Part shown: positions 11,556 to 23,018 of the stretch, one piece after another
Layout: each line of letters starts with the position of its first letter
Numbering within the stretch: position 1 is the stretch's first letter
NCBI GenBank assembly: GCA_030390025.1
Contig: CM059431.1
Span: 146,756,001-146,820,000 of the forward strand
DNA from: Squalus acanthias
Lineage: Eukaryota
Direction of reading: 5' to 3'
Length of the DNA stretch: 64,000 nucleotides
Made by a program: the position numbers and the translations under genes
The notes under the pieces: model-generated
What the model saw: only the letters and a program-made list of their open reading frames with translations
Database searches by the model: none
What the model was told of the DNA's origin: nothing

Positions 11556-12484
11556 TTATAGTGAATATTTCTCAATAGCAGTAATGGAGTTTATTCTGTC
11601 CCGTTACAATTTTAAATGTCCCTGTGCTCCTAGTTTATAGGGGAAGGGAGCCTCTCACTTTATTCCCCTTTAAACTGGCACTATATTTATTTCAGGTGTA
11701 AATGGCCCGACAGTTTTTGGGGAATTTACGGAAGTTCCCTCCCCGAGCAGGGCCTCACACACAGGGGGCGGATTATGGAGAATTCCCGGGTTCACTGCCC
11801 CCGGTTTACCCAGGAGCCGCCCGCTGTGTGCGAGGCCCCACCGCTGGCCGGTGTGTGTCTGTACTCCGGGGATAATGCCCCACAACACGTTAGATTGGAA
11901 CCTTTTTACCGGCAGATATAAGATCCTGAATAACAGTCTTTCCTCAATGTTCAGGACTGTGTATAGTTGTAAATATGTAAAGCTGAAACAATTCCAGATT
12001 CCCCAAATTTCCCAATCCAGGAAACTAACCCCTGGACAAGACACACCCTGCACGGTATTGGAGTAAATATCGATCTGTTCCTGACATAAACTCGGGTTAC
12101 TCTCCTGTTTCCAGTTGAAATGGTGGATGTGGAAAATATTTTAAAGTAATTTTATCTTTACTGCTGGATTATATTTGATGTTTACATTCTGCTATCCAGC
12201 CTTATTAAATACGATTTATTGTATTTAAATTATCAGTCTCTCAGTGACCTGTATTTGCTGATCCGATAAAGACTGTAAAATCCCTACTTGTTCACAAGGG
12301 TCCGTTCTAGATTCTCCAGTCCTTAGGGAATTACAGACTGATCCTCTTATTATTGGTCATATTTATATTTCATCCGCTTCCCTCTGGTTTAACTGAACTG
12401 TTTGTTTCCCTACATTACGGAGCAACAACACAATCCGTGACGTTCCTCAATTCGCCCAAAAGCTAGAGACAAATAAACAGTTAC

Positions 12485-14222
12485 CCCAAAATCACGCATT
12501 TGTGCAGTACGGGTCCCAGCCGCTGGAGTCCCTCACACTGAATGGAGCAGTTATGCAGATCGAGGTCTTTTATTGTATCACAGAGTCCAATGACATGAGA
12601 CATGACCGCACAGTCAATCGGGGTCAATCTCAATCCACGAAATGTAAGTGTTTTCACAGATCCCACTGTGGCCCGAGCCAGTGCTTTATTCTGAGACTCA
12701 AACAGGTAGTGGAATGTGTTCAGGAGGTTCCTTTTATCAGTTTCACTCTCTGTGTTTCCAATCTGTCCTTCAACCTTCTCCTTCACCCAATCAATCACTC
12801 GGCAGGTGGTTTGATGAAGAAATGGACCCAGAAACTCCTCCAGGGGCCGAGCTGACTGTGAGGAGGAGAGACCAGCAACAAAACGGAGAAATATCTCAAA
12901 TCGCCCATCTTCCTTGCTGTGGGCTTCTCTGAGGAGTTTCAGGATGTCCACGGGATCTGGAGTCAGGAATTGTGCGAGTGCGGCTACAAACTCTTGGATG
13001 GTGAGGTGTGGGAATGTGTACACCACGCTCTGGACAGAATCATCTCTCTCCAAAAGTTCCATCATGAACCCAGACAGGAACTGGGAAGGTTGCAGATTGT
13101 ACTTGATCAAATCTCCATTTCTAAACACAATCTTCTTCTCGAAGACTCCTGTGAAGGCCATCTCACCGATCTTCAGTAACACATCACGGGGGCTTTCAAT
13201 CTCTCGGCCATGGTTTTTCAGAATGTTGTAGATATAGTAGGAATATAGTTGGGTAATGGTCTTGGGAACTCGCTGCTGATTCATGTCTCTTTGTGTAAAG
13301 AAGGGACCCAGTGACAGACCGAGGATCCAGCAGTAGGAAGGGTTGTAGCACATGGTGTACAGGATCTCGTTCTCTTCCACGTGTTTAAAAACTGCTGCTG
13401 CCACCGTCTGATCTTCAAAAAACTTGTTGAAATATTCCTTCCGTTCTTCACCAACAAATCCCAGGATTTCAGCCCAGACACTGACCTCAGCCTTTTCCAA
13501 TAAATGTAATGCAGTGGGGCGGCTGGTCACTAGCACTGAACATGCTGGGAGCAGCTTGTGCTGTATTAAACTGTACACAATGTCAGACACTTCACACCAG
13601 TCTTCGGGATCTGTGCACATGTGCCGAGGTTCTGTATTTCTGCGATTGTCAGCAAAATCGATACTGTCCTTGAATTCATCCAAACCATCGAATATAAACA
13701 ACAATCTCTCTGGGTTCTTCCAGAGCTCTCCCAGAATATTCCCAAAGTAAGGATACAGATCCAGTATCAGATTCCTCAGGTTTATTCTACAGTTAATAGC
13801 GTTCAAATCCCGGAATTTAAAGCTGAAAACAAATTGAAAGTGTGGGTATATTTTCCCTGTGGCCCAGTCATGAACAATCTTTTGTACCATTGTTGTTTTT
13901 CCAATCCCCGGGACTCCGCTCACTGCTCCTGAACTCCCAGAATTGGATTTTCTCCGGGAAAAACAGCTCTTGAACAATTGATCAGTTCGGATTTTTTCCA
14001 GTTCTCTCTGGAGATGTTTCTCTCTCCACTCTTCATGGTCTCGGCCTCTTGCCAACAGTTCATGTTCTACAAGTGTCCGATCTCGAACAGTAGAAATGAC
14101 CGTTAGCTCAGCGTATCGATCAACCAGCTGGAAAATCTTAACCTTCTCTTTTATTAGGATAGTGTTCACTCTCAGTGTTTCAGTTTGTACCCGGAGTGTT
14201 TCCTTGTGTTTCTGTTGAACAT
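12485..14222 (-). CDS. NLR gene, large NACHT exon (FISNA-like segment, NBD, HD1, WHD, HD2, first LRR)
   Basis: Walker A GVPGIGKTT, Walker B LLFIFDGLDEF, sensor-1 VLVTSRP, WHD FPHLTIQEFVAA, HD2 GRFEIFLRFVAGL. Acceptor ttgaag|AT (phase 1), donor GG|gtaact (phase 2). Uninterrupted. Confidence 0.97.
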
Positions 14223-14640
14223 CTTCAATTAGAACAGACAGAAAGTGGTTTCAATATTAGTTATATTGTCAAAGAAAGCTGAGATATACTGCTCTGCTTT
14301 TCAGTAAAACGTAACAGGATCTACTTCGATATTTTAATCAAGGGCAGTTAGAAAACGAAATCCAACATTTCATGAGAAACTTTGTTGACAGGAACTTTCT
14401 GAGAGAAGTTTCAAATCAACATGGGACACAAATATTTACTTAACATGGCGAGCTGGGTGAAGGTGAAATGTTCCCTCTGATGGTGAATACTATCTGTCGC
14501 ACAATGTACTGCAGACATCTCATTACAAATCCACTGGTGATTCTGGTTATATGGCTGCAGTGGTTATAATGGATAAATGTCTGAACCCCCCACCCAGCAG
14601 AGCTGAGCTTTTGTACAAATAGCAAATGGGGAATTGGGTT

Positions 14641-14880
14641 GCACTGAGAGAGGGACAGGCTCACAATGTACTGATTGGGCAGCACTGAGAGAGGGACAGG
14701 CTTGCAATGTACTGATTGGGCAGCACTGAGAGAGGGACAGGCTCACAATGTACTGATTGGGCAGCACTGAGAGAGGGACAGACTCACAATGTACTGATTG
14801 GGCAGCACTGAGAGAGGGACAGGCTCACAATGTACTGATTGGGCAGCACTGAGAGAGGGACAGGATCACAATGTACTGAT
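14641..14880. repeat. 41-bp minisatellite (~6 units)
   Basis: gcactgagagagggacaggctcacaatgtactgattgggca at 14641, 14682, 14723, 14764, 14805 and 14846. Confidence 0.95.
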
Positions 14881-14992
14881 GTTCCCCAATTATTTGATCA
14901 GCACTTGGGTGAGCTCTTGGGAAATTCTATACATTTCCGGTTAACATGTCACAGGGAAATGTAAATATTATTGTGAAGGAAAAAATGGGATA

Positions 14993-16095
14993 GCAACAAC
15001 AACTTAAATTGATATAGCCCGTTTAACTTAATAGAAACGTCCCAAGAGGCTTTGCAGAAGCGTAATCAGATAAAATGAAACACCGAGCCCAATAAAGAGA
15101 TGTTAGAACGGGTAACCAAAAGCTTAGTCAAAGAGAGAGACTTTACGAGTGAAAAGACGATAAGTAGAGGCGGATCGGGTTGGAGAGGGTATTCCAGAGT
15201 TCAGGGCCGAGGCTGCTGAGAACACAGCCGCCAAAATTGGAAGGGTGAAAATCAGGGATGCACAAAGTTCAAAATTGAGGATTGCAGAGATCTCGGAGGG
15301 TTGTAGGCCTGGAGCAGATTGCAGAGATAAAGATGGGTGAGGTCATGGAGGGATTGAAAACAAGGATGATAATTTCAAAATCAGGGCTCTGCCAGACCGG
15401 AGACAAGTTAGGTCAGCGAGCACATGGGTGATGGGTGAACGGGACTTGGTGCGAGTTCCGAGAGGCACAGCAGAGTTTTGTATAAGCTCAAATTTACAGA
15501 GGATAGAACGTTGTTGGTTGGCAAGGCATAGCGTGTTGGAATAATTGAGACTGGAGATAACAAAGGCATAGATGAGGATTTCAGCATTAGATGGGCTGAG
15601 GCAGGGGCGCAGACAGCGAATGTTACGGAGTTGGAAGTAGGTGGTCTTGTTGATGGAGAGGGCATGGGAGCGAAAGGTCAGCTCAGGATCTAATAGGATG
15701 CATTGGTTGCAAACAGTCTGGTTCAGCCTCACACATTTGCCAGGGAGAGGGATGGAGTCCCTGGCTAGGGAACGGAGTTTGTGGCCACGACCAAAGATAA
15801 TGGCTTTGGTCTGCCCAATATTTAACAGGTGGAAGTGTTTGCTCAGCCAGTACTGGATGTCGGACAAGCTGCGTGACGCATCAGAGGAGTTGGAGGGCGT
15901 GAGAGAGATGGTGGTGAGGTAGAGCTGGATCTCTTTCAGTTGAATCTGACGGTGTGTTTTCGGATGATGTCGCCAAGGGGCAGAATGTAGATCATAAATT
16001 GGAGGGGGCCAAGGATAGATCCTTGGTAACTGTACAGGAGCGGGTAGAGAAGAAAGTGCAGGATATTCGATTATTTTGCTGCGATTGGATGAGTC
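14993..16095 (-). mobile_element. L2-type LINE 3' fragment
   Basis: ORF 15343-16119 contains LSDIQYWLS..LLNIGQTKAIIF, ILLDPELTFRSH, AEILIYAFVISSLNYSN and SPITHVLADL. (GTT)n-like tail near 14995. Confidence 0.85.
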
Positions 16096-16096
16096 A

Positions 16097-19000
16097 TAGT
16101 CATTGAGTAATAACGGCACAGCAGGAGGCCATTTGGCCCATCAAGTCCGTGCCGGCTCTCTGCAGAGCAATCAAGTCAGTCCCATTCCACCGCTCTATCC
16201 CCGTAGCCCTGCAAGTTTATTTCCCTCAAGTGCTTATCCAGTCTCTTTTGAAAACATTGACTGTGTCGCTTCCACCTCTTCCGTCGGCAGCGAGTTCCAG
16301 GTCCTCACCACCCGCTGCGTAAAAAGGTTTTTCCTCACTTCCCCCCTTTTTACTATTGCCCAAATCCTTAAATCTGTATCTCCTATTCCTTGTACCATCA
16401 AACAGCCTTTCCCCGTCTAGCCTATCCAAACCCGTCATAATCTATACACCTCTATCAAATCACTCCGCAACCTCCTTTGCTCTAATGAAAACAAATCCAG
16501 CTTCTCCAACCTATAATTGAGCTAAGATCCCCGATCCCCGGAACCATTCTGGTAAATCTCCTCTGCACCCTCTCAAGGGCCTTCACATTCTTCCTAAAGT
16601 GTGTTGACCAGAATTGGGCACAATACTCCAGTTGTGGCCTCACCAGCGCTTTATAAAAATTCACCATTTCTTTTCTACTTGTGTACTCAACACCTCTATT
16701 TATGAAACCCAAGATAACATATGCTTTGTTAACCTCTCTCTCGATATGTCCCGCCACCTTCCGGGACCTATGCACATTAACTCCTAGGGCCCTCTGTCCC
16801 TGCGCACTCTTTAAAACTGTGCCATTACGTTTACATTACATCTCACTGTTCCTTCTGCCAAAATGCATCACCTCACACTTCTCTGCATTAATTCCATCTG
16901 CCACTTGTCTGCCTATTCGGCTAGCCTTTCTATGTCCTGATGCTTTCGATTGGTATCATCCTGACAGCTTGCCACCACCCCCCCAATTTTGGTGTCATCA
17001 GCAAATTTAGAAATGCTACTTTGTATTCCAATATCCAGCTCATTTAGATATATATATAATGCAGTGTCCCCAGCACTGACACTTAGGGAACACCACTGTC
17101 TACCATCCTCCAGTCTGAAAAACACCCATTTACCACAACTTGCTGTTTTCTGTCCTGAAGACAATTCCTTTTCCATGCTGCCACTGAACTACCTTTTCCA
17201 TGAGCCTCAATTTTTATAACCAGCCTTCTATGTGATACTTTGTCAAACGCCTTCCTAAAATCCATGTAGACAACATCCACTCCATTCGCTTCATCAATCC
17301 TCCCTGTTAATTCATCAAAAAATTCAATTAGTTTAGTAAAAAATGATCAACATTTTACAAATCCGTGCTGGCTCTCCTTAATTAGCCTAAATCTCTCCAA
17401 GTGCCAATTATTTATTTCCTTGATTATTGTTTCTAAAACTTTACCCATCACTGATGTTAAAATGACCGGCCTGTAGTTACAAGGTTTATCCTTAAACCCT
17501 TCTTGAACAATGGTGTCACATTTGCCACTTTCCAATCCTCAGTCACCTCCCCCGCATCTAGGGAAGATTGGAAAATTATGGCAAGCACTTCCGCTATCTC
17601 CTCCCCAAATTCACTTAGCAACCTGGGATGCAAGCCACCTGGACCAGGCGACGTATCCACTCTAAGCAAACCCAGCCATTCTACTACCTCCTGTCTATCA
17701 ATTTTCAACCCTTCCATTGCTTCTAACTTTTCCACTCCTACCGTTAATTTGTCAGCATCCACCTCCTTAGTAAACACCGATGCAAAGTACTCATTGAAAA
17801 TTTTAGCCTTGCCCTGCGTCTCTAAGCATATAGCATCTTCTTTGTCGCTAATAGGCCCCACCCCGCCTCTTACTACCCGCTGACTGTTTACATGCCGGTA
17901 TAAGATTTTTGTGTTCCCTATTATGTTAACCGCCATTCTACTCTCATATTCACTCACTGCCAATCCTCCTTTCATCTTCACTTCCCCTCTCAAGTTATTG
18001 TATTTCGTATCGTTCTCCCTTGAAGAATTCACCTGACGTGCGCCATACAGCCTCTTTATTGTTTCATCATCTTGTCTATCTCCAGCGTCATCCAAGGACG
18101 TCTTGCTTTGTTTCCCATAGCCTTCCCTCTTGTTGGAATGTACCTAGCCTGTACTTGGAACATCTCCTCCTTAAAGATCACCCATTGCTCCGTTACAGTT
18201 TTTCCTGTCAGTCTTTGATTCCATTTTACCCTGGCTAGATCCTTTCGCATCTCATTGAATTTGGCCCTATTGCAGTTTAGAAGTTCCACTCTAGATTGTA
18301 CCTTGCTCCTCTCCATTGCTAATATAAAACACATGATACGATGATCACTCGTACCAAGTGTTCTCCCACAGACAGTTGGTCGACCTGGCCCACCTCATTC
18401 CCCAGCAGCAGATCCAGCAATGCCTCCTTCCTAGTTGGGCCAAGAACATACTGGTCAAGGAAATTCTCCTGAACACATTTCAGAAATTCCACCCCCTCCA
18501 TTCCCTTTACCCTAGCATTATCCCAATCGATATTTGGACAATTAAATTCCCCCAATATCACCACTCTATAGCTCTTGCATATCTCTGCGATTTACCTGCA
18601 GATTTTCGCCGCTACCTCTCTCTCACTATTTGGAGGAATATAGAATACCCTCAATAGCGTGATCATACCCTTCTTGCTGCTCAACTATAAATAAATTGAT
18701 TCTGTCCTTGTCCCCTCAAGAACATCCACCCTTTCCAAAACTACAATGTCTTCCTTAATCAGCACTGCCACTGCACCTCTCTTTTTCCTTCCCTATCATT
18801 TATGAACACCTGGTACCCTAGAATATTAAGTGCCCAGTGCTCACCGTTTTTGTGCCATGTTTCCGTCATTGCCACATCATATTGCCACACGGCGAATTGT
18901 GCTTGTAGCTCACAAAACTTATTCAACACACTTTGTTCATTTACGTACATGCATTCTAAACCCATTTTTGAATTTTTTGTAGACTTTCTTAGTCTGCTCC

Positions 19001-20010
19001 TATCTAATACGGTACTACTTCCGCCTCTAGTACTACTTTCTTCTCTAGTACTATGCAACACGCTCACTCTTTCATGCATATTTTTGCTCTTTTCAACTTC
19101 TATATGCTAGTGCTAGTGCCTATGACTTTTAAGCCATCCGGATTATACAGGTCCAACCTTCCCCAGAAACGATCTCAATGCCTCAGGAATCAAAAGCTCT
19201 CCCTCCTGCACCATCTCTCCAGCCACGCATTCATCTGTTCTATCCTTCTAAGCCTTTACTCACTAGCCTGTGGCACCGGGAGTAATCCGGAGATTACTAC
19301 CTTTGAGGTCCTGCTTTTTAATCTGTCTCCTACCTCCCCAAACTCTGCCTGCAGGACCTCATCCCTCTTCCTGCCGATGTCGTTATTATCAATATGGACA
19401 ACGACCTCTGGCTGTTCACCCTCCCTCCAAAGAGTGTCCTGCAGCTGCTCAGTGACATCCTTGATGCTGGAACCAGGGAGGAAACATAACATCCTGGGGT
19501 CACGTCTACGGCTACAGAAACGCCTGTCTGCTCCCCTAATTATCGAATCCCCTACCACTATTGGTCTTCCACTCTTTTTCCGCCCCCCTCCACCCCCACC
19601 GTGCAGCTGAACCACCAGTGATGACTTGCACTTGACTCTGGCTGCATTCCCCAGAGGAACCATCGCCCTCACCAGTACTCAGATCAGAATACTGCTTGGA
19701 GAGCGAGATGCACTCTGGGGACTCCTGCAATACCTGCTTTGTTCTCCTCTTCTGTCTGGTGGTCACCCATTCCCTCTCTGCCTGCACACTCTTAAGCTGC
19801 GGGGTGACAACCTTCAGAAAAGTGCTCTCCACGTAACTCTGTGCCTCGTGGATGCACCGCAGTGACTCCAGCTGCCGCTCAAGCTCTGAAACACGGAGCT
19901 CGAGCTGCTGTAGCTGGTGACACTTCCTGCACACGTGGTCGTCCAGGCTACTTGAAGCGTCCAGGACATCCCACATGGCACAGGATGTGAACTCCACGGG
20001 ACTGAGCTGC
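16097..20010 (-). mobile_element. Near full-length decayed CR1 LINE (ORF1 zinc finger, coiled coil and SGNH esterase; ORF2 APE endonuclease and RT)
   Basis: ORF1: CAMW...VCRKC...LELRVSELERQL and IVVGDSIIRG...VVVHIDNND. EN: VAMTETW, GEFNCPNIDW, LLDLLL. RT: DVVYMDFRKAFD, KFADDTKI. CR1 3' end near 16100. Confidence 0.93.
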
Positions 20011-20439
20011 CCTGCCAGGCCTCTATATATTAGACTAGGAATGGAATGGAATTAAGAAAGATGATTAAGGGGATCAGGAATTTAAGATGAACAAAGGTCG
20101 AGGAAATGGTATTAGTTTATTTTACTGAAGCGACGTCAGGGTATTAAATTTGAAGGGATTCCACTTTTTAATGGAATAAACATATTTCAACAAAAGGGTA
20201 ATAGAATAGGGGATCAAGTTAACAGGGAAGGGCATTTGGGGCAGTGTAAATGGGACCGAGAGACAAGCAGATGTGTTTGTGGAGACACTGACTAGAATGC
20301 CAGGTGAGATCTTCACTGTTACAGATACAGACCTGTTTGGATCAAGTGGATTTATTCTGCTTCTCAGAATTTTCCTGCTGTAATTTTGTTTCAGAAAATA
20401 CTAACAGTGTTTGAGTGGTGTTGCACATACAGACTGCAT

Positions 20440-21692
20440 GGCCTAGAATTTGATCGGACCTTGAAACGGGCGTGCAGTGATGGAGCGTGCACTGCACATG
20501 CCTCCTAGCGTTGACTCAGGCAGCAGGTATGATTTATTCTGATTGTAATGAGCCAGTGGTGCAGTTAGCGCTACCCGTACTATTCACTGGCTATGTGCCT
20601 GTGTTTTCTTTAGGCCGGGGTGGGTGGTAGATATCGGGCCTCCCTGACGCGACTTAAAAGGTAACCAACACTTTGTAAAGGTTCTCTCCGGGTACTTTAG
20701 CAAATATTCATGTGAAGTTTGTGGTGATGTGCTGTGAAACACTGAAATCTTTATTTTCAACTCTTTGCGTTCTTGGACAGAATTGTCTGCACCTTTGGAA
20801 TTGGCTTAGTGAGTTGCAGTGAATGGCCAGATATAACGGTAACCCTGCAATGCTGATGAGTGTGAATGCAATGGCTTGGAGATTGTAGAGATGTTTAATG
20901 GTGCTGGTGTGTGGTAGTGCCAGCATGGCGCATCATGTGGTAGCCAGGGTGTACAGTGTTAAGTGTAGTAAATCTGGCCATGCCATCCCGGGCAGCAATG
21001 TGCTCGGGTGCTGATGCCCTGTGTCCTGTGCAGAGCAGGTTGATGTTGTTGGTGGTGATGCTGGTGTGCCTGGTGCTGCTGGTGTTGGGGCTGATCGTGG
21101 TGGGATTCTGAGGACCAAGGTGAGATTTTGTCAAGGGTACCGATGCTGCTGGAATAAATGGCAGCTGAAGTTGAGATGACAGAAGCGATCTGTTAATGGT
21201 GAGAGAGTTTGATCCAAGGAAGTGACAGTGGATAGAGAGTTTACTCCAAACACTTCCTAACTGCACAAAGGACAAAAGTGGGTATCAAATCATGAAGGCT
21301 CCAGCTTCTAAGTTTGTGAAATGAACAGCTGTGAAATGGTAGGTTTTGTACCACTTTGGCATCTGTCACCTACTCAGCAATGGAGAGGCATTGAGAACAC
21401 GACATAATTACCTGACGTGATGCCCGCTCTCCGGGAACCTCGTTAAAACCTGGTCAAATGGTAAGTACATGGGGAAATGATGCTTAACTACCTTTTAACA
21501 AGCTTTTAAGTATTTAAATTGGCTGACCCGCCGCTTGGTGTCGGGTCTGTTCAGGGATGACAGACCCGACACTTGGGAAACTGACAAGGAGGCGGGTTTA
21601 CAGCGGGATACTGACCCGCTGCCAATCTTTGTGCTTTTGACCGCAGACCCGCCTCCAAACCCACACTCTGAGCGCCGGCAAAATTCCGGACA
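20440..21692. mobile_element. Non-autonomous Harbinger-like element relic
   Basis: Internal homology to 10260-10610. Weak inverted termini ggcctagaattt / aaattccggaca. Confidence 0.45.
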
Positions 21693-21899
21693 AAGAGCTG
21701 GCACAAAGTTGATTCTTAATTATTTCTGTTAACTATTACATTGAGATGCACTTGGATTTTATGATGAAAGTATTTATTGTTGTAAATTTGGTGTTGGTGT
21801 TGATCTTTGTGGCGGAGTGAGGGCCGGTCCCATTAGGCTGGACTGAAGGAAGGCCACAGGATGGTGGCAGTAAGCACGGTGGTAAGGATTGTGGGACAT

Positions 21900-22757
21900 T
21901 TGGTGTATTGGGAATGGGAGTGATGATTTAGAGGAAGCGCTCTTCGATGAACTGATCTCCTCCTTCCGCTCTTCGTGCTCCACTTGTTTCTTGAGTACTT
22001 CTCGTTGCTCCTCACGATGGCAATGGTTTGCAAAATGCAGCAGACGACCACAAATCTGAATACTAGCTTAGGGAAGTAGTAGTGCTCGATTGTTTGGTCT
22101 GTGAGGTTTCTCACGACGGCATGGCTCTCATGGTAGGCCAGATCTGCAGCTGTGCTTGGGTCCCTGACAGTAGTGAGCCCTGTCTAGAGGGACTAGTCCT
22201 TGTCGACAAGCATCAGCCTGAAACTTGTGGGACTGGCTTGAATAAAGGCTTCACAGAGGACTGGTGCAGGTTCAAAGAGTCATGACTGCTCCCAGGATAA
22301 TGGGAACAGGTCCGTATGACGTGCTGCCTGTGGTCGCTAACCAACTTTGCGTTGAGGGCGTAGACTCCCTTACGATTGATCAACATGCCAGGTTGGTGAT
22401 GGGGAGCACTCAAGGCAAGGTAGCGGCTGTCTATGGTAACTTGAACCCTGGGAAAGCCTGTCATGTGGACGCAGCCTAGTGCTCTCTCATCCTGCTTCGC
22501 TCTCTCCTTATGGAAAAACATATAGGTGTTCATCCTGGTACAGAGCCTCAGTGACATCCCTGATACAGCAGTGGACTGCTAACTCTGATAGATCACTGGT
22601 GTCACCTGCTAAAGCCTGAAAGGAGCCCATGGTTTTCAACTTAAGGGCAACGGTGACTTTGATGGCCAGAGGCAGTGCTGTCCTTGCAGGAGTTGTGTCT
22701 GCAGCAGGTGACATAGCTCGATGACTGCCCTCTGGTGAAGTGAAGGCGCCTCAGTGA
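21900..22757 (-). pseudogene. Harbinger/HARBI1-family DDE transposase fragment, frameshifted
   Basis: Peptides TALPLAIKVTVAL...GSFQ...AVHCCIRDVTEAL and GFPRVQVTIDSRY...NRKGVYALN...YPGSSHDS. Confidence 0.85.
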
Positions 22758-22759
22758 CG

Positions 22760-22935
22760 TTACATAGAATTACCATTGAATTTATAGCACAGAAAAAAGC
22801 AATTCAGCGGAAAAGGTCTCTGCAGGTGTTTATGCTCTGCAAGAACATCCTCCCACCATGCCATCTCACCCTATCAGCGTATCATTCTATTTCTTTTCCC
22901 TCATGTACATATACAGGTTCCCTTTAATGCAGGAG
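22760..22935 (-). mobile_element. CR1 3'-end fragment
   Basis: catagaat...tatagcacagaaaaaagcaattc resembles the reverse complement of the CR1 tails elsewhere in the window. Confidence 0.5.
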
Positions 22936-23018
22936 AAATGCATCCTGAATACCCGCGGTAGGCTTGGCCTTCTGCGGAGTGGCTTTCATGATCCCTCCTG
23001 TGTCAACTGTTCTTGTTC

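Larger units (their letters stand above)
10612..11580 (-). mobile_element. Penelope-like element fragment (RT C-terminus plus GIY-YIG endonuclease), decayed
   Basis: Minus-strand peptides IHYKPSDCHS*LEYTSSH, VPLVLTFHP...IQRIILRHF, and FTCISCNLVYCIHCS*CGLVYIGE.KRRL (GIY-YIG). Confidence 0.85.

Noticed and set aside
12481..14169. Stand-alone 562-aa single-exon NACHT gene as given in the ORF track
   Set aside because: It starts at GTG. The frame extends to an acceptor at 14222, and the stop lies inside a GT donor, so it is an internal exon.
7799..14880. CRISPR-like arrays (the 55-bp and 41-bp repeats)
   Set aside because: The units are head-to-tail with no unique spacers, there are no cas genes, and the context is eukaryotic.
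21900..22757. Domesticated HARBI1 host gene
   Set aside because: It is frameshifted, has degenerate catalytic motifs and is intronic, consistent with a decayed transposon.
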